A stretch of 64,000 nucleotides of DNA. It comes from Hydrurus foetidus (Eukaryota). Position numbers and translations under genes: made by a program. Shown here one piece after another: positions 41,915 to 50,173 of the stretch. The stretch's first letter is position 1; each line of letters starts with the position of its first letter. The DNA lies in contig UYFQ01000001.1 of NCBI GenBank assembly GCA_900617105.1, forward strand, positions 3,410,001-3,474,000. Reading direction: 5' to 3'. The notes beneath the pieces were generated by a model. That model was not told the DNA's origin. It saw nothing but the letters and a program-made list of their open reading frames with translations, and ran no database searches.

Positions 41915-42901
41915 CTACAACTGGGCCCATTCTGAATATGTTGCAAGAGCAGGGTTAGGTGCTGACTCAAGCAGTAGACGAAGCTGGGCACACAGCTCCT
42001 TCATATCGCTGTTTTTGCTGATGACTGAAGATGCGCCTTCTCCAATCGCGTTTAAGCTCAAGGCCGCGTCGATGTACCCTGAAATAATTATCACGGGCAG
42101 GTCTGGGCGAATCAATTTGATTTGGTGCATCAGATCGATCCCGGATGCACCATGCAGGCGATAGTCGGTCACCAGTGCGTCGTACCTGAAGGGGTTTGCC
42201 GAAAAAGTTGCGAGCGCCTCTTTGCTGCTTTCATAGCACGACACTTCAAAACCCGCATCAGGCAGCATTTCGCTGATGAGCTCGCGCATCGCGTCATAGT
42301 CATCGACGTAGATAATGTGCTTGACGTCGGATCCGGATTCATTGAGTGCCGGTACTTCAAGTGCGATTGCCGTAGGCAAATAGAACTCGAAGGTGCATCC
42401 TTTGTCTGGTTCTGTCTCAACCGTCATCCATCCGTGGTGCAGTTCGACCACTTTGCGTATTTCCCTTAACTTCAATCTTTGGGCGCCCGATGGGCTGTCA
42501 TCAACCGTTTTGGGTAGTGGCACAACGGTGTGAAAGGGGCCTGCTTGTATGCGCGAGTTGTTGCTGATTACCATCCATGCGTAAGCCCGAGGGGGCAAGC
42601 CGCCGCCTAACTTATCGGCATCCGCGTCAAGCACCACATCGTCCAGCAGGATTTCTTTCATTTCGACTGTGATCTGTTTTGCCAGTCCGCGCATGGACTG
42701 CCAGGCGACTATGCATGCACTTAGCAGCGCCTCTTCAAGATGACGCTCATGGGCTCTTATTCGCGGATCATCTGGTGAGACTTCCAGCACTAGCTCCACT
42801 TCTATTGGCAACAACATTCGAAAACGCGTCAGTGCCCGATTCAAAATGGGCTTGATCGACAGATTCACCGATTCTTCGATCTGGATGCTTTGGTAGTTCA
42901 T
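41915..42901 (-). CDS. Degenerate HATPase-like domain fused to a receiver (REC) domain
   Basis: HHG.M.VET.PDKGCTFEFYLP, then IIYVDD..LVTDY..IIISG..SK. Confidence 0.8.
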   Translation of the reverse strand: MNYQSIQIEESVNLSIKPILNRALTRFRMLLPIEVELVLEVSPDDPRIRAHERHLEEALLSACIVAWQSMRGLAKQITVEMKEILLDDVVLDADADKLGGGLPPRAYAWMVISNNSRIQAGPFHTVVPLPKTVDDSPSGAQRLKLREIRKVVELHHGWMTVETEPDKGCTFEFYLPTAIALEVPALNESGSDVKHIIYVDDYDAMRELISEMLPDAGFEVSCYESSKEALATFSANPFRYDALVTDYRLHGASGIDLMHQIKLIRPDLPVIIISGYIDAALSLNAIGEGASSVISKNSDMKELCAQLRLLLESAPNPALATYSEWAQL

Positions 42902-43623
42902 GTTGCAGCCTCGCGTACCCCATGAGGGGAAATTTAAATTTTTAGGTCAGCGTTTGCACAGCCGAAAGTGGGTGACTATTTCAAACCGAATCTTTGGTAA
43001 ATCTTGCATGTGAAGCGTCGCCACTTTCGCAATGTATTCAGGCAACCGCCCGCTCGCTAAACGCTGGCACCAACGCTCTTCGACGGAATTCGCCTTGCTT
43101 TGCCGAAAAAGGGATGGCTGGTAATCTGCTGTTGGCTTCGCGTAAGACGCACCGATCGTCCATAAATTCGGCGACATAGGAGACATCTCTGTTCAGCCGT
43201 TATCGCAGAATTTTTAACATATCACGTGCCGGTGTTTTAGTTAATTCATCACTTTCGTCGGCAGTAGCCACTAATATTTCCGCGAGGTTCGTACTGATGT
43301 CTCGCAGGCAAACCCAGCCAAATCGGGTGTTCATGGTGGTTCGTTTGTAAAAACTCGTCGACATTAAATTTGATCGAAATAATAATCAATATTCTAAAAC
43401 AATTAAACTATCAAATAACTATTTAATTTCATATTTATCAATTTATTAATTTATTGGTTTGTGCTTGCTGGTCAAACAGGTAACCAGGAGCTAACAGCAG
43501 CAGAGCTGGACTTGCACCGATTCCACTGACTATTTGTAGAAATAACTGATACGGTTTATTGGGATTGGGGAGCAGGTCACCAACGCCATGCGATTCATGC
43601 CTGGTATGAAAAACCGCTACACC

Positions 43624-43866
43624 ATGAACAAATCCAAAATCGCCATTACCGTCAACCCGTTGGTGCCCAATCGGCTAGATGCGGGGGTGCAAAACCAGTA
43701 CATCGCCAGCCGCAGCGAGGCGATTGAGCAAGCTGTTGAAGCGCAACTACAGCGGCTGGAACGCACGCGCTTGTCCGAGCAATGTGCGCTGCTGGATGCG
43801 GATGAAGAACAGGCCCCGGTCGATACCGGTGTGGCTCTAGACGAAGCAGCATGGCCGGCGTTTTAA
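43624..43866 (+). CDS. RHH/CopG-type antitoxin
   Basis: KIAITV..LD..SRSEAI; overlaps the toxin gene. Confidence 0.75.
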   Translation: MNKSKIAITVNPLVPNRLDAGVQNQYIASRSEAIEQAVEAQLQRLERTRLSEQCALLDADEEQAPVDTGVALDEAAWPAF

Positions 43867-44186
43867 GGGGTGAGATACGTTGGGCTGAGCTTGACTCAAC
43901 GCGAGGTAACGAGCAGCAAGGCAAATGCCCGGTTCTCATCTTCAGCCATGACTTTTTTAACGAACGCTCTGGCACAGCACTGGCAATGGCCATCACGTCT
44001 CAGCCTCAGCGGGCGGGTTTTCTGTTAACTTTGCCGTTGGGCACGCTGGGCGATAACGAGGCTTGGTTAAAGATCAGCCAAGTGCGCGTTTTGTCTACCC
44101 AGCGTTTGGGCCGCAAACTGGGCAAAGCCACGCCCGAGCAGCTTGCGCAAGCGATTGACGGGCTAAATGAAATCGTGGGTGATTGA
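43851..44186 (+). CDS. PemK/MazF family toxin
   Basis: RGEIRWA.L...RG.EQ.G..PVLI.S...FN, AITSQ, SQVR.LS..RL. Confidence 0.9.
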   Translation: MAGVLRGEIRWAELDSTRGNEQQGKCPVLIFSHDFFNERSGTALAMAITSQPQRAGFLLTLPLGTLGDNEAWLKISQVRVLSTQRLGRKLGKATPEQLAQAIDGLNEIVGD

Positions 44187-44263
44187 GCTCGCCGACCAGC
44201 AAGGAACCGCATTTTTAGGGGGTATGTAGTCAAATTTCAATTTTTTCCTCTGCGCAGACAACA

Positions 44264-44435
44264 TCAATTCAACGCAACCGCCTCACGCAACAAGTCAGCA
44301 GTCAAAGACAGACCGCGCAGGTCAAAAGCGGTAATCAGCTCTTGCGCTGACCGCGCAGCGTATGTCCAGCGGGCGCGCATTTTTCGACGGCGCTCAGCGT
44401 AGGGATTTTTTTGCAGCTGAAATTGGTTAACCACA
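44264..44435 (-). pseudogene. Second relic of the PIN-protein C-terminus
   Basis: Nucleotide similarity to 40730-40880; FVVNQ..MRARW..ARSAQELI.AF..RGL. Confidence 0.65.
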
Positions 44436-44658
44436 AACTGGAAGAATTGAGGGCAGACTCCAAATTCTTCTCCTAGATTCGTAAATTCACAAGGCCTAAA
44501 AACCTGAGTCTCCAAGCCGCCACCGCTGCAAAATGCTCGATATTAGCGGTGAGCAAGGGCCATGAATAGCTGATGGCTGCGGTGACGCGCAGGGCTGTGT
44601 CTGCTAAACATTTGCCGATGGCTGCCCATGTTTAAAGTCACTCAACAAACCTCAGTCA

Positions 44659-45147
44659 ATGAAATCCATGCAGAGCGCTCTTTTTACAATCGGCTACGAA
44701 GGCTTTGGCATTGATGCGTTCATAGCCAGACTCCACGCAGCGCAAGTAAAAACTATTGTGGATGTCCGCGAGCTTCCTTTGTCGCGGAAAAAAGGGTTTT
44801 CAAAAACGGCCTTCAGTGCTGCTCTGTCAGCACAAGACATTGCGTACCTGCATGTTCCAGCGTTGGGATGCCCCAAACCTATTCGTAATCAGTACAAGGC
44901 CGATGCAAATTGGGCAACCTACACGCGAGACTTTTTGGCTTACCTTCAAACGCAAGATGCGCCGCTGCGTGAACTTGTCGAAATTGCTAAGTCAACGCCG
45001 TCATGCTTGGTGTGCTTTGAGGCTGACTTTGCCATGTGCCACCGGACTTATGTGGCCCGCGCAACGCGGCAACGTGGCGGGCCAAACGTGACTCACCTGA
45101 CGGCTAAAACAGCCCTGCCTGATCTCGGTTTTCAACTGGCGGCTTAG
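44659..45147 (+). CDS. DUF488 family protein
   Basis: FTIGYEG, VDVRE.PLSRKKGFSK, CLVCFE....CHR. Confidence 0.88.
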   Translation: MKSMQSALFTIGYEGFGIDAFIARLHAAQVKTIVDVRELPLSRKKGFSKTAFSAALSAQDIAYLHVPALGCPKPIRNQYKADANWATYTRDFLAYLQTQDAPLRELVEIAKSTPSCLVCFEADFAMCHRTYVARATRQRGGPNVTHLTAKTALPDLGFQLAA

Positions 45148-45937
45148 GTGGGTAGATCACGCTGACCAGCAGCCACTGGCCTGGAAATCTGTGGATCGTT
45201 CCCATCAAAAACATCAGGTCTTTTGCAGGCAGCTCTTGCTCTAACTTGGCCCGAAACGGTGCCTCCCAGCTGTCGCCATGTTGCCGCTTTACGTTTCTGT
45301 ACAGGGAGCCAATTTCCCAATCGACCAGCTTGTGACGATAAGAAAAAGTTACCCCACCGGCGTCGCATTCATAACGGTAGTGAAAGTCAAAGGGCAGCTT
45401 TTGTAGTAATCGAATCTGCTTGCCTTCTTCTGTTGCGTCAGATAGCTCTGACTGATTTTGCAGGCCCAGCAGATTTTCTTTTTCTTTGTCCGTCCACTCA
45501 GTGTTTTCTGTTTTCTTCATTTCCAACCCAAGGATTCGCGCCGGGCGTAGCAATGCCAATGTGCCGCCACCGGCCTGCCTGACTCTTTCCAACTCAGCAA
45601 AGTCTGAAAAAACGGGGAGCTTTGCCAGCAGTTCAGCCCGTTGCGGCCAGCCGAGCCTGCCAGCGGGCAGGGGTTCTGGGTCACACTCGATGGTATCTAC
45701 AAAAACGCGATGGCTTTCTGGACGGTGGTCGTCTCTGGCTTTTTCTAACCGGGCGGTGATCCATTGCCATTTTTTGAACTGCTGCTCGTCTGCGACCAGC
45801 CTAAACGGAACGGGGTAAAGACGAATAAATTTGCCGTCTTCGGTCATCCCGGCGACGCCAGATGTTTCTGCATGCTTGGAGCTCGGCGACGGGTACGTTT
45901 TGCAAAGGATGAGTACGCTCGTAACGAACGATGCCAT
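45104..45937 (-). CDS. Conserved hypothetical protein (possibly OB-fold), convergent with and overlapping DUF488
   Basis: KTYPSPS, IRLYPVPFR, FKKWQWI, D.RPES, DWEIG.LY, MGT.HRFP. Confidence 0.75.
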   Translation of the reverse strand: MASFVTSVLILCKTYPSPSSKHAETSGVAGMTEDGKFIRLYPVPFRLVADEQQFKKWQWITARLEKARDDHRPESHRVFVDTIECDPEPLPAGRLGWPQRAELLAKLPVFSDFAELERVRQAGGGTLALLRPARILGLEMKKTENTEWTDKEKENLLGLQNQSELSDATEEGKQIRLLQKLPFDFHYRYECDAGGVTFSYRHKLVDWEIGSLYRNVKRQHGDSWEAPFRAKLEQELPAKDLMFLMGTIHRFPGQWLLVSVIYPPKPPVENRDQAGLF

Positions 45938-46003
45938 TTGAATATGCTCCAGTTTTGCTCAACGGCTCACAGCTAAAAAGCCCTTGAGATATTAGCTCTA
46001 ATA

Positions 46004-46040
46004 CTGTATTTATAATCAGTATTGTAAAATAATGTGTCAA
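46004..46040 (-). promoter_or_regulatory. Putative LexA (SOS) box overlapping a sigma70-like promoter of the 45937 gene
   Basis: CTG-N10-CAG (CTGTATTTATAATCAG, 46004-46019); TTGACA on the - strand at 46040-46035. Confidence 0.6.
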
Positions 46041-46131
46041 ATCGACAAAAGTAAGGATTGGGGGCCGGCGTTTTGCTCTTTTCCAAAATGCCCGCGTTAC
46101 CTTGAGGTCCGTCAAACTCCAGATCTGCCCC

Positions 46132-46392
46132 ATATCCAGAAACACTCCCATCAGCTTAGGCGATGATTTTGGCGCATTAATTGAGCAGCAAATCAGCGGT
46201 GGCCGCAACGGCTCTGCCCGTGAGGTGGTGCGTGCCGGGTTGCGGCTGCTTGAAGACAACGAAACGCGGCTGTCTGCGTTGCGCTCTGCCCTGACAAGCG
46301 GTGAAAGCAGCTGTGCCAGCGCCGCATTTGATGTGAATGCGTTTTTAAAGACTAAGCGGCAAAAAGTGATGAATAAAACGGTTAACGATTGA
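46132..46392 (+). CDS. ParD-family antitoxin; the expected start reads ATA and no intact ParE follows
   Basis: SRNTPISLGD.F...I..Q...GR..SA.EVVRAGLRLLE, ESS. Confidence 0.75.
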   Translation: MSRNTPISLGDDFGALIEQQISGGRNGSAREVVRAGLRLLEDNETRLSALRSALTSGESSCASAAFDVNAFLKTKRQKVMNKTVND

Positions 46393-46497
46393 GCATGAGT
46401 TGCGCGCTGTCGCCAAATTGCACCGCGTATATCGTCAGGTACGCTCAGCCACGATTCCCGAAATCACCAATCAGTCAATTTTTATCAAGACACAAAA

Positions 46498-47015
46498 ATG
46501 GAAAAATTTCTAGCAAGCGTTGGGTCATTGCTGTGCGGCATGCGGTTCACCATGCTGTTTTTTATGTCGGCCTCGTGGGCATCATTTTTGGTATTTTGGG
46601 TAAGTTCTTGCTGGACACCTACAAGCTGATGAACACGTTGATCTTTGGTGATTTAGAAAAGATTGGTCTCATCATCAAGGTGCTGGAGCTGGTCGACATG
46701 ACGATGGTGGCGCAGCTGGTGTGGGTGGTGGCACTCGCCGGGGTGTCGCTTTTTGTCACCACGGGGAACTTTGATAAAACTGACCTTAAAAAGCCTGACT
46801 GGCTGGACCACGTCAACACGTACAACCTGAAGCTGAAGTTGGCGTTTGCCATCATTTCAATCTCAGGCGTGCATGCTTTGAAGACTTATCTCAGTGGCGA
46901 TTTGGATTTGGAGAGCATTCAAATAGTGACGATGGTGGCGGTGATCCACTTCACTTTTGTACTGTCGGCTATTGGCATTTCATTTGCCGAACGCCTGACG
47001 CGCGAAAAAAAATAG
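46498..47015 (+). pseudogene. YqhA/UPF0114-like membrane protein, frameshifted at a T6 run
   Basis: MEKFLASVGSLLCGMRFTML in one frame and FYVGL..VLELVD..LKLKLAFAIISISGVH.LK in another; switch at 46558-46563. Confidence 0.7.
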
Positions 47016-47272
47016 GGCTGCGCAGCGACTCCATTGAGTTTGCTGCTTGGCTGCTTTTTTGAGCGATTTTAGGCGTAAAAATGGCCTTTGACGCAATAAA
47101 TACGGGTGCATGCAGCTATTATTTACATAGCATTTTTGCGACAACTGCTGGTCTGCAGTGAACGCACTGCAGCGTGCTTTGGCGACAGCGTGCAGCGTGA
47201 AGTGTGCGCACCATAGGCTACTATTTCAACGGTTTAACGTACGCTAACCCCACCCCTAACGGAGACAAAAAA

Positions 47273-47656
47273 ATGTTCAGTCATGTCATGCTTGGTGTCA
47301 ATAATCTTGAAGCGTCAAAGAAGTTTTACGACGCACTTTTAGGCACGCTGGGCATTGCCCCAGGCGTGGCCAACAAGCTGCGTTACTTTTACCGCAGCCC
47401 TACAGGCACGTTTGCCATCACCACGCCGATTAATGGCGAGCCGGCCACCCACGGCAATGGCAGCACGATTGGGTTTGTGGTGCAGTCGGCCGAGCAGGGC
47501 AATGCTTTTCATGCGGCGGGGCTGGCCAACGGCGGTACCGATTGTGAAGAGCCACCGGGCCTGCGTGAAGGCCCAGCGGGGCAGCTGTACCTGGCATACC
47601 TGCGAGACCCGGATGGAAACAAGATTTGTGCGCTGCACCGGCCAAAGTCGGCTTAA
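47273..47656 (+). CDS. VOC/glyoxalase family protein
   Basis: MFSHVMLG, GNG.TIGF, YLRDPDGNK. Confidence 0.9.
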   Translation: MFSHVMLGVNNLEASKKFYDALLGTLGIAPGVANKLRYFYRSPTGTFAITTPINGEPATHGNGSTIGFVVQSAEQGNAFHAAGLANGGTDCEEPPGLREGPAGQLYLAYLRDPDGNKICALHRPKSA

Positions 47657-47816
47657 GTCGTCTTCAATCGTTCGAAATTGGCTTTTTTAGGCACCATTTC
47701 GGTCTGTAGCCCAATAAATACGGGCGCGAGCAGCTCCTAAATACATAGTGATTGCAGTGCCCGATCAAGTGCCGTTAAACGACCAGCTGACCGCTTTGTT
47801 ACCCGCCGTGCAGGCA

Positions 47817-48599
47817 ATGCAGCCGACCACGTTACCGCCGCAGCCCCACGCGGTCAGTCGCCTGCGCACCGCTCGGCTGGCGCGCAGCACCAAGCCTTTT
47901 TTGGCGCGGGGCGGCGCCAAGGGCCAGCGCTGCGTGGGTTGCCGCTTGCTGATTAGCCACTGCCTTTGTGCGTTGCGGCCAGCGCTGCAGGTTAGTGCGG
48001 GCGTGTGTTTAATCATGGCGGACATTGAGCCGCTTAAACCCAGCAACACCGGCTGGCTGATTGCGGATGTGCTGGCCGACACCTTTGCCTTTGGCTGGGC
48101 GCGCACGGAGGTTGACCCCGCGCTGCTGGCGCTGCTGCGTGACGAGCAATGGCAGCCGTATGTGGTGTTCCCCGGCGAGTTTGTAGAGCCGCAGCGGGTG
48201 GTGACAAATGTGCAGGCCACCAATTCAGGTCAGGAGATAAATTCCAAGCGCCCGCTGTTTATTTTGCTAGACGCCACCTGGCCCGAGGCGCGCAAGCTGT
48301 TTCGCAAAAGCCCGTACCTTGACCACTTGCCGGTGCTCAGTTTGCAAAGCGATCAATTGTCTAACTACAAGCTGCGCCGCTCGCAGCGGGCTGAGCACTT
48401 TTGCACCGCTGAAGTGGCCGCGCTTTGCCTCGAGCTGGCCGGGCAAGCGCATGCCGCGCAAACGCTACTTGCGTACCTAAATGTGTTCACCAACCACTAC
48501 CTGCAGGCCAAGCAGCAACTGCCGGTGGACTTCAGCGATGCAGCGCACCAGCGTTTGCAGGCGCTGGCTTCTCAACGTTTGCCGGCGCGGCCCGTTTGA
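47817..48599 (+). CDS. DTW-domain protein (tRNA aminocarboxypropyltransferase-like)
   Basis: C..C....CLC, KPSNTG, LDATWPEARK, CTAE; start uncertain. Confidence 0.88.
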   Translation: MQPTTLPPQPHAVSRLRTARLARSTKPFLARGGAKGQRCVGCRLLISHCLCALRPALQVSAGVCLIMADIEPLKPSNTGWLIADVLADTFAFGWARTEVDPALLALLRDEQWQPYVVFPGEFVEPQRVVTNVQATNSGQEINSKRPLFILLDATWPEARKLFRKSPYLDHLPVLSLQSDQLSNYKLRRSQRAEHFCTAEVAALCLELAGQAHAAQTLLAYLNVFTNHYLQAKQQLPVDFSDAAHQRLQALASQRLPARPV

Positions 48600-48616
48600 T
48601 CCCCGATTAGTCAACC

Positions 48617-49498
48617 ATGCCGCTGCAAGCCGTTTTATTGGTACTGTTGGGTGCGCTCATTCACGCGGGCTGGAACATCGCCGCCAAAAAAGCCAATGGC
48701 GATGCGCGCTTTACTTTTTTCAGCTGCATCATCATGCTGGTCGTGTGGTCGCCGCTGTGCATTTGGCTGGGCTGGAACGTAGTGCCCACCTGGGGCATCA
48801 AAGACTGGGGCTTAATGGTGCTCAGCGGTTTTGTGCACTGGGTTTACTTTTATTGCTTGCTGACTGGTTACCGTAAAAGCGACCTCACCATCGTCTACCC
48901 GCTGGCGCGAGGCAGCGGGCCGCTGCTGTCGTCGTCTGTGGCGGTGGTGGTGTTTGGTGAGCAGTTGTCCAGCCTGGGCGTGCTGGGCATTGCGGGTGTG
49001 GTGATTGGCGTGTTTTTAGTGGCGGGTGGCCCGGCGCTTTTTAAAGCCGCGCATGACCCGGCTAAAAAAGAGCGGGTTAAAGCAGGTGTGTTTTGGGGCT
49101 TGCTAACCGGTGCGCTGATTGCCTGTTACACCGTGCTTGATGCATATGCCGTTAAGGTCATTGCCCTATCGCCGATTTTGTTTGACTACTGGTGCAATGT
49201 GCTGCGCTTGCCCTACGCCGCCGTGCCGGTGCTGCGTAACAAACCCGAGGCCTGGCGGCTGTGGAAGCTGCAGTGGAAGTACGCGGCGATTGTGGCGGTG
49301 TTCAGCCCCATCGCTTATGTGTGCGTGTTGTATGCCGTGTTGATTGCACCCGTCAGCCACGTAGCGCCTGCGCGTGAGGTCAGCATGTTGTTTGCCGCGT
49401 TGATTGGCGGGCACTTGCTGGGTGAAGGCGACCGCTGGCTGCGCGTGGTGGGGGCGGCGGCGATTGCTGTCGGTGTCATCGCGCTGGCGTTGGGTTAA
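48617..49498 (+). CDS. EamA/DMT family transporter
   Basis: HAGWN, DL..VYPLARG, PAREVS. Confidence 0.88.
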   Translation: MPLQAVLLVLLGALIHAGWNIAAKKANGDARFTFFSCIIMLVVWSPLCIWLGWNVVPTWGIKDWGLMVLSGFVHWVYFYCLLTGYRKSDLTIVYPLARGSGPLLSSSVAVVVFGEQLSSLGVLGIAGVVIGVFLVAGGPALFKAAHDPAKKERVKAGVFWGLLTGALIACYTVLDAYAVKVIALSPILFDYWCNVLRLPYAAVPVLRNKPEAWRLWKLQWKYAAIVAVFSPIAYVCVLYAVLIAPVSHVAPAREVSMLFAALIGGHLLGEGDRWLRVVGAAAIAVGVIALALG

Positions 49499-49551
49499 GC
49501 GCCGAACTGGCGTGGCAGCGACAATAGGCGCTTCAACACACAAGCTGACCC

Positions 49552-49827
49552 ATGACTGAAGACACCAACCGCCAGAGCGAACTTAAAAAAATGGAGCTGT
49601 GTGAGCCTTGCTCAGGCATTCAGCGCAACTGGCGTCGTGCGCCGGGCCATGCCGAGCTGGTGCAGGGCGGCAACAGGCAAGAAGACATGCGTGAAAGCCG
49701 CTACAGCAACGCCAAACGCGGCTTGGTCACCATCACCAGTTACCGCTGCGACCGCTGCGGCACGAAGTGGGAATATGAAAATAACAAGGCTGACCAAAAG
49801 GCGGGCTGGTCGGTGGTGGGCGGCTAG
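49552..49827 (+). CDS. Hypothetical protein with two CxxC pairs
   Basis: CEPC..H..CDRC..W. Confidence 0.65.
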   Translation: MTEDTNRQSELKKMELCEPCSGIQRNWRRAPGHAELVQGGNRQEDMRESRYSNAKRGLVTITSYRCDRCGTKWEYENNKADQKAGWSVVGG

Positions 49828-49954
49828 GCAGACTTGGCTATTGCTCGGATTCTGCTATTAATTACATAGCTTCTCGCGCCCGTATTTATTGGGCTGCAGT
49901 GCCAATACAAGCTGATTTCGGCCATAAAAAGTGCTGTCAGTAGCGCTGAGCGAG

Positions 49955-50131
49955 TTAATCGCGTTTGTCGCGTTTGTCGCGTTCGGCGTGCTCAGCAGAT
50001 TCGGGCGGCTTGTTTTGTGCCGCTGTGCGCTCTTTTTCACGCGCCAAATCGCGCAGCTGCCACCACACCAAGGCCGCGCCCAAGCCCACAATCAGCAGCA
50101 CCTTGATCAGCATTAGCGGTGAGTCAGTCAT
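49955..50131 (-). CDS. Small single-TM protein downstream of crtB (58 aa)
   Basis: Manual translation MTDSPLMLIKVLLIVGLGAALVWWQLRDLAREKE...; not in the ORF track. Confidence 0.65.
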   Translation of the reverse strand: MTDSPLMLIKVLLIVGLGAALVWWQLRDLAREKERTAAQNKPPESAEHAERDKRDKRD

Positions 50132-50173
50132 GCGTTGGCGTGCTGGTTGTGGCGCGGGTCAGCTCAACTCAAA

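Larger units (their letters stand above)
3071..49905. repeat. Dispersed ~55-bp intergenic repeat family, 13 copies
   Basis: Consensus GCTAT-N7-(A/G)(T/G)AGCTGCTYGCGCCCGTATTTATTGGGCTA. Approximate starts: 3071(-), 4084, 20180, 22127, 23462, 26436, 26911, 34486(-), 35643, 39796(-), 47077(-), 47694(-), 49853. Confidence 0.9.

Noticed and set aside
46389..46560. 208-aa ORF as one intact gene
   Set aside because: The membrane-protein N-terminus is in a different frame from ATG 46498, so the ORF is a chimera across a frameshift
3071..49905. The dispersed repeat as a CRISPR array or integron attC sites
   Set aside because: Copies are hundreds of bp to many kb apart and in both orientations. I see no cas or intI gene and no consistent RYYYAAC/GTTRRRY ends.
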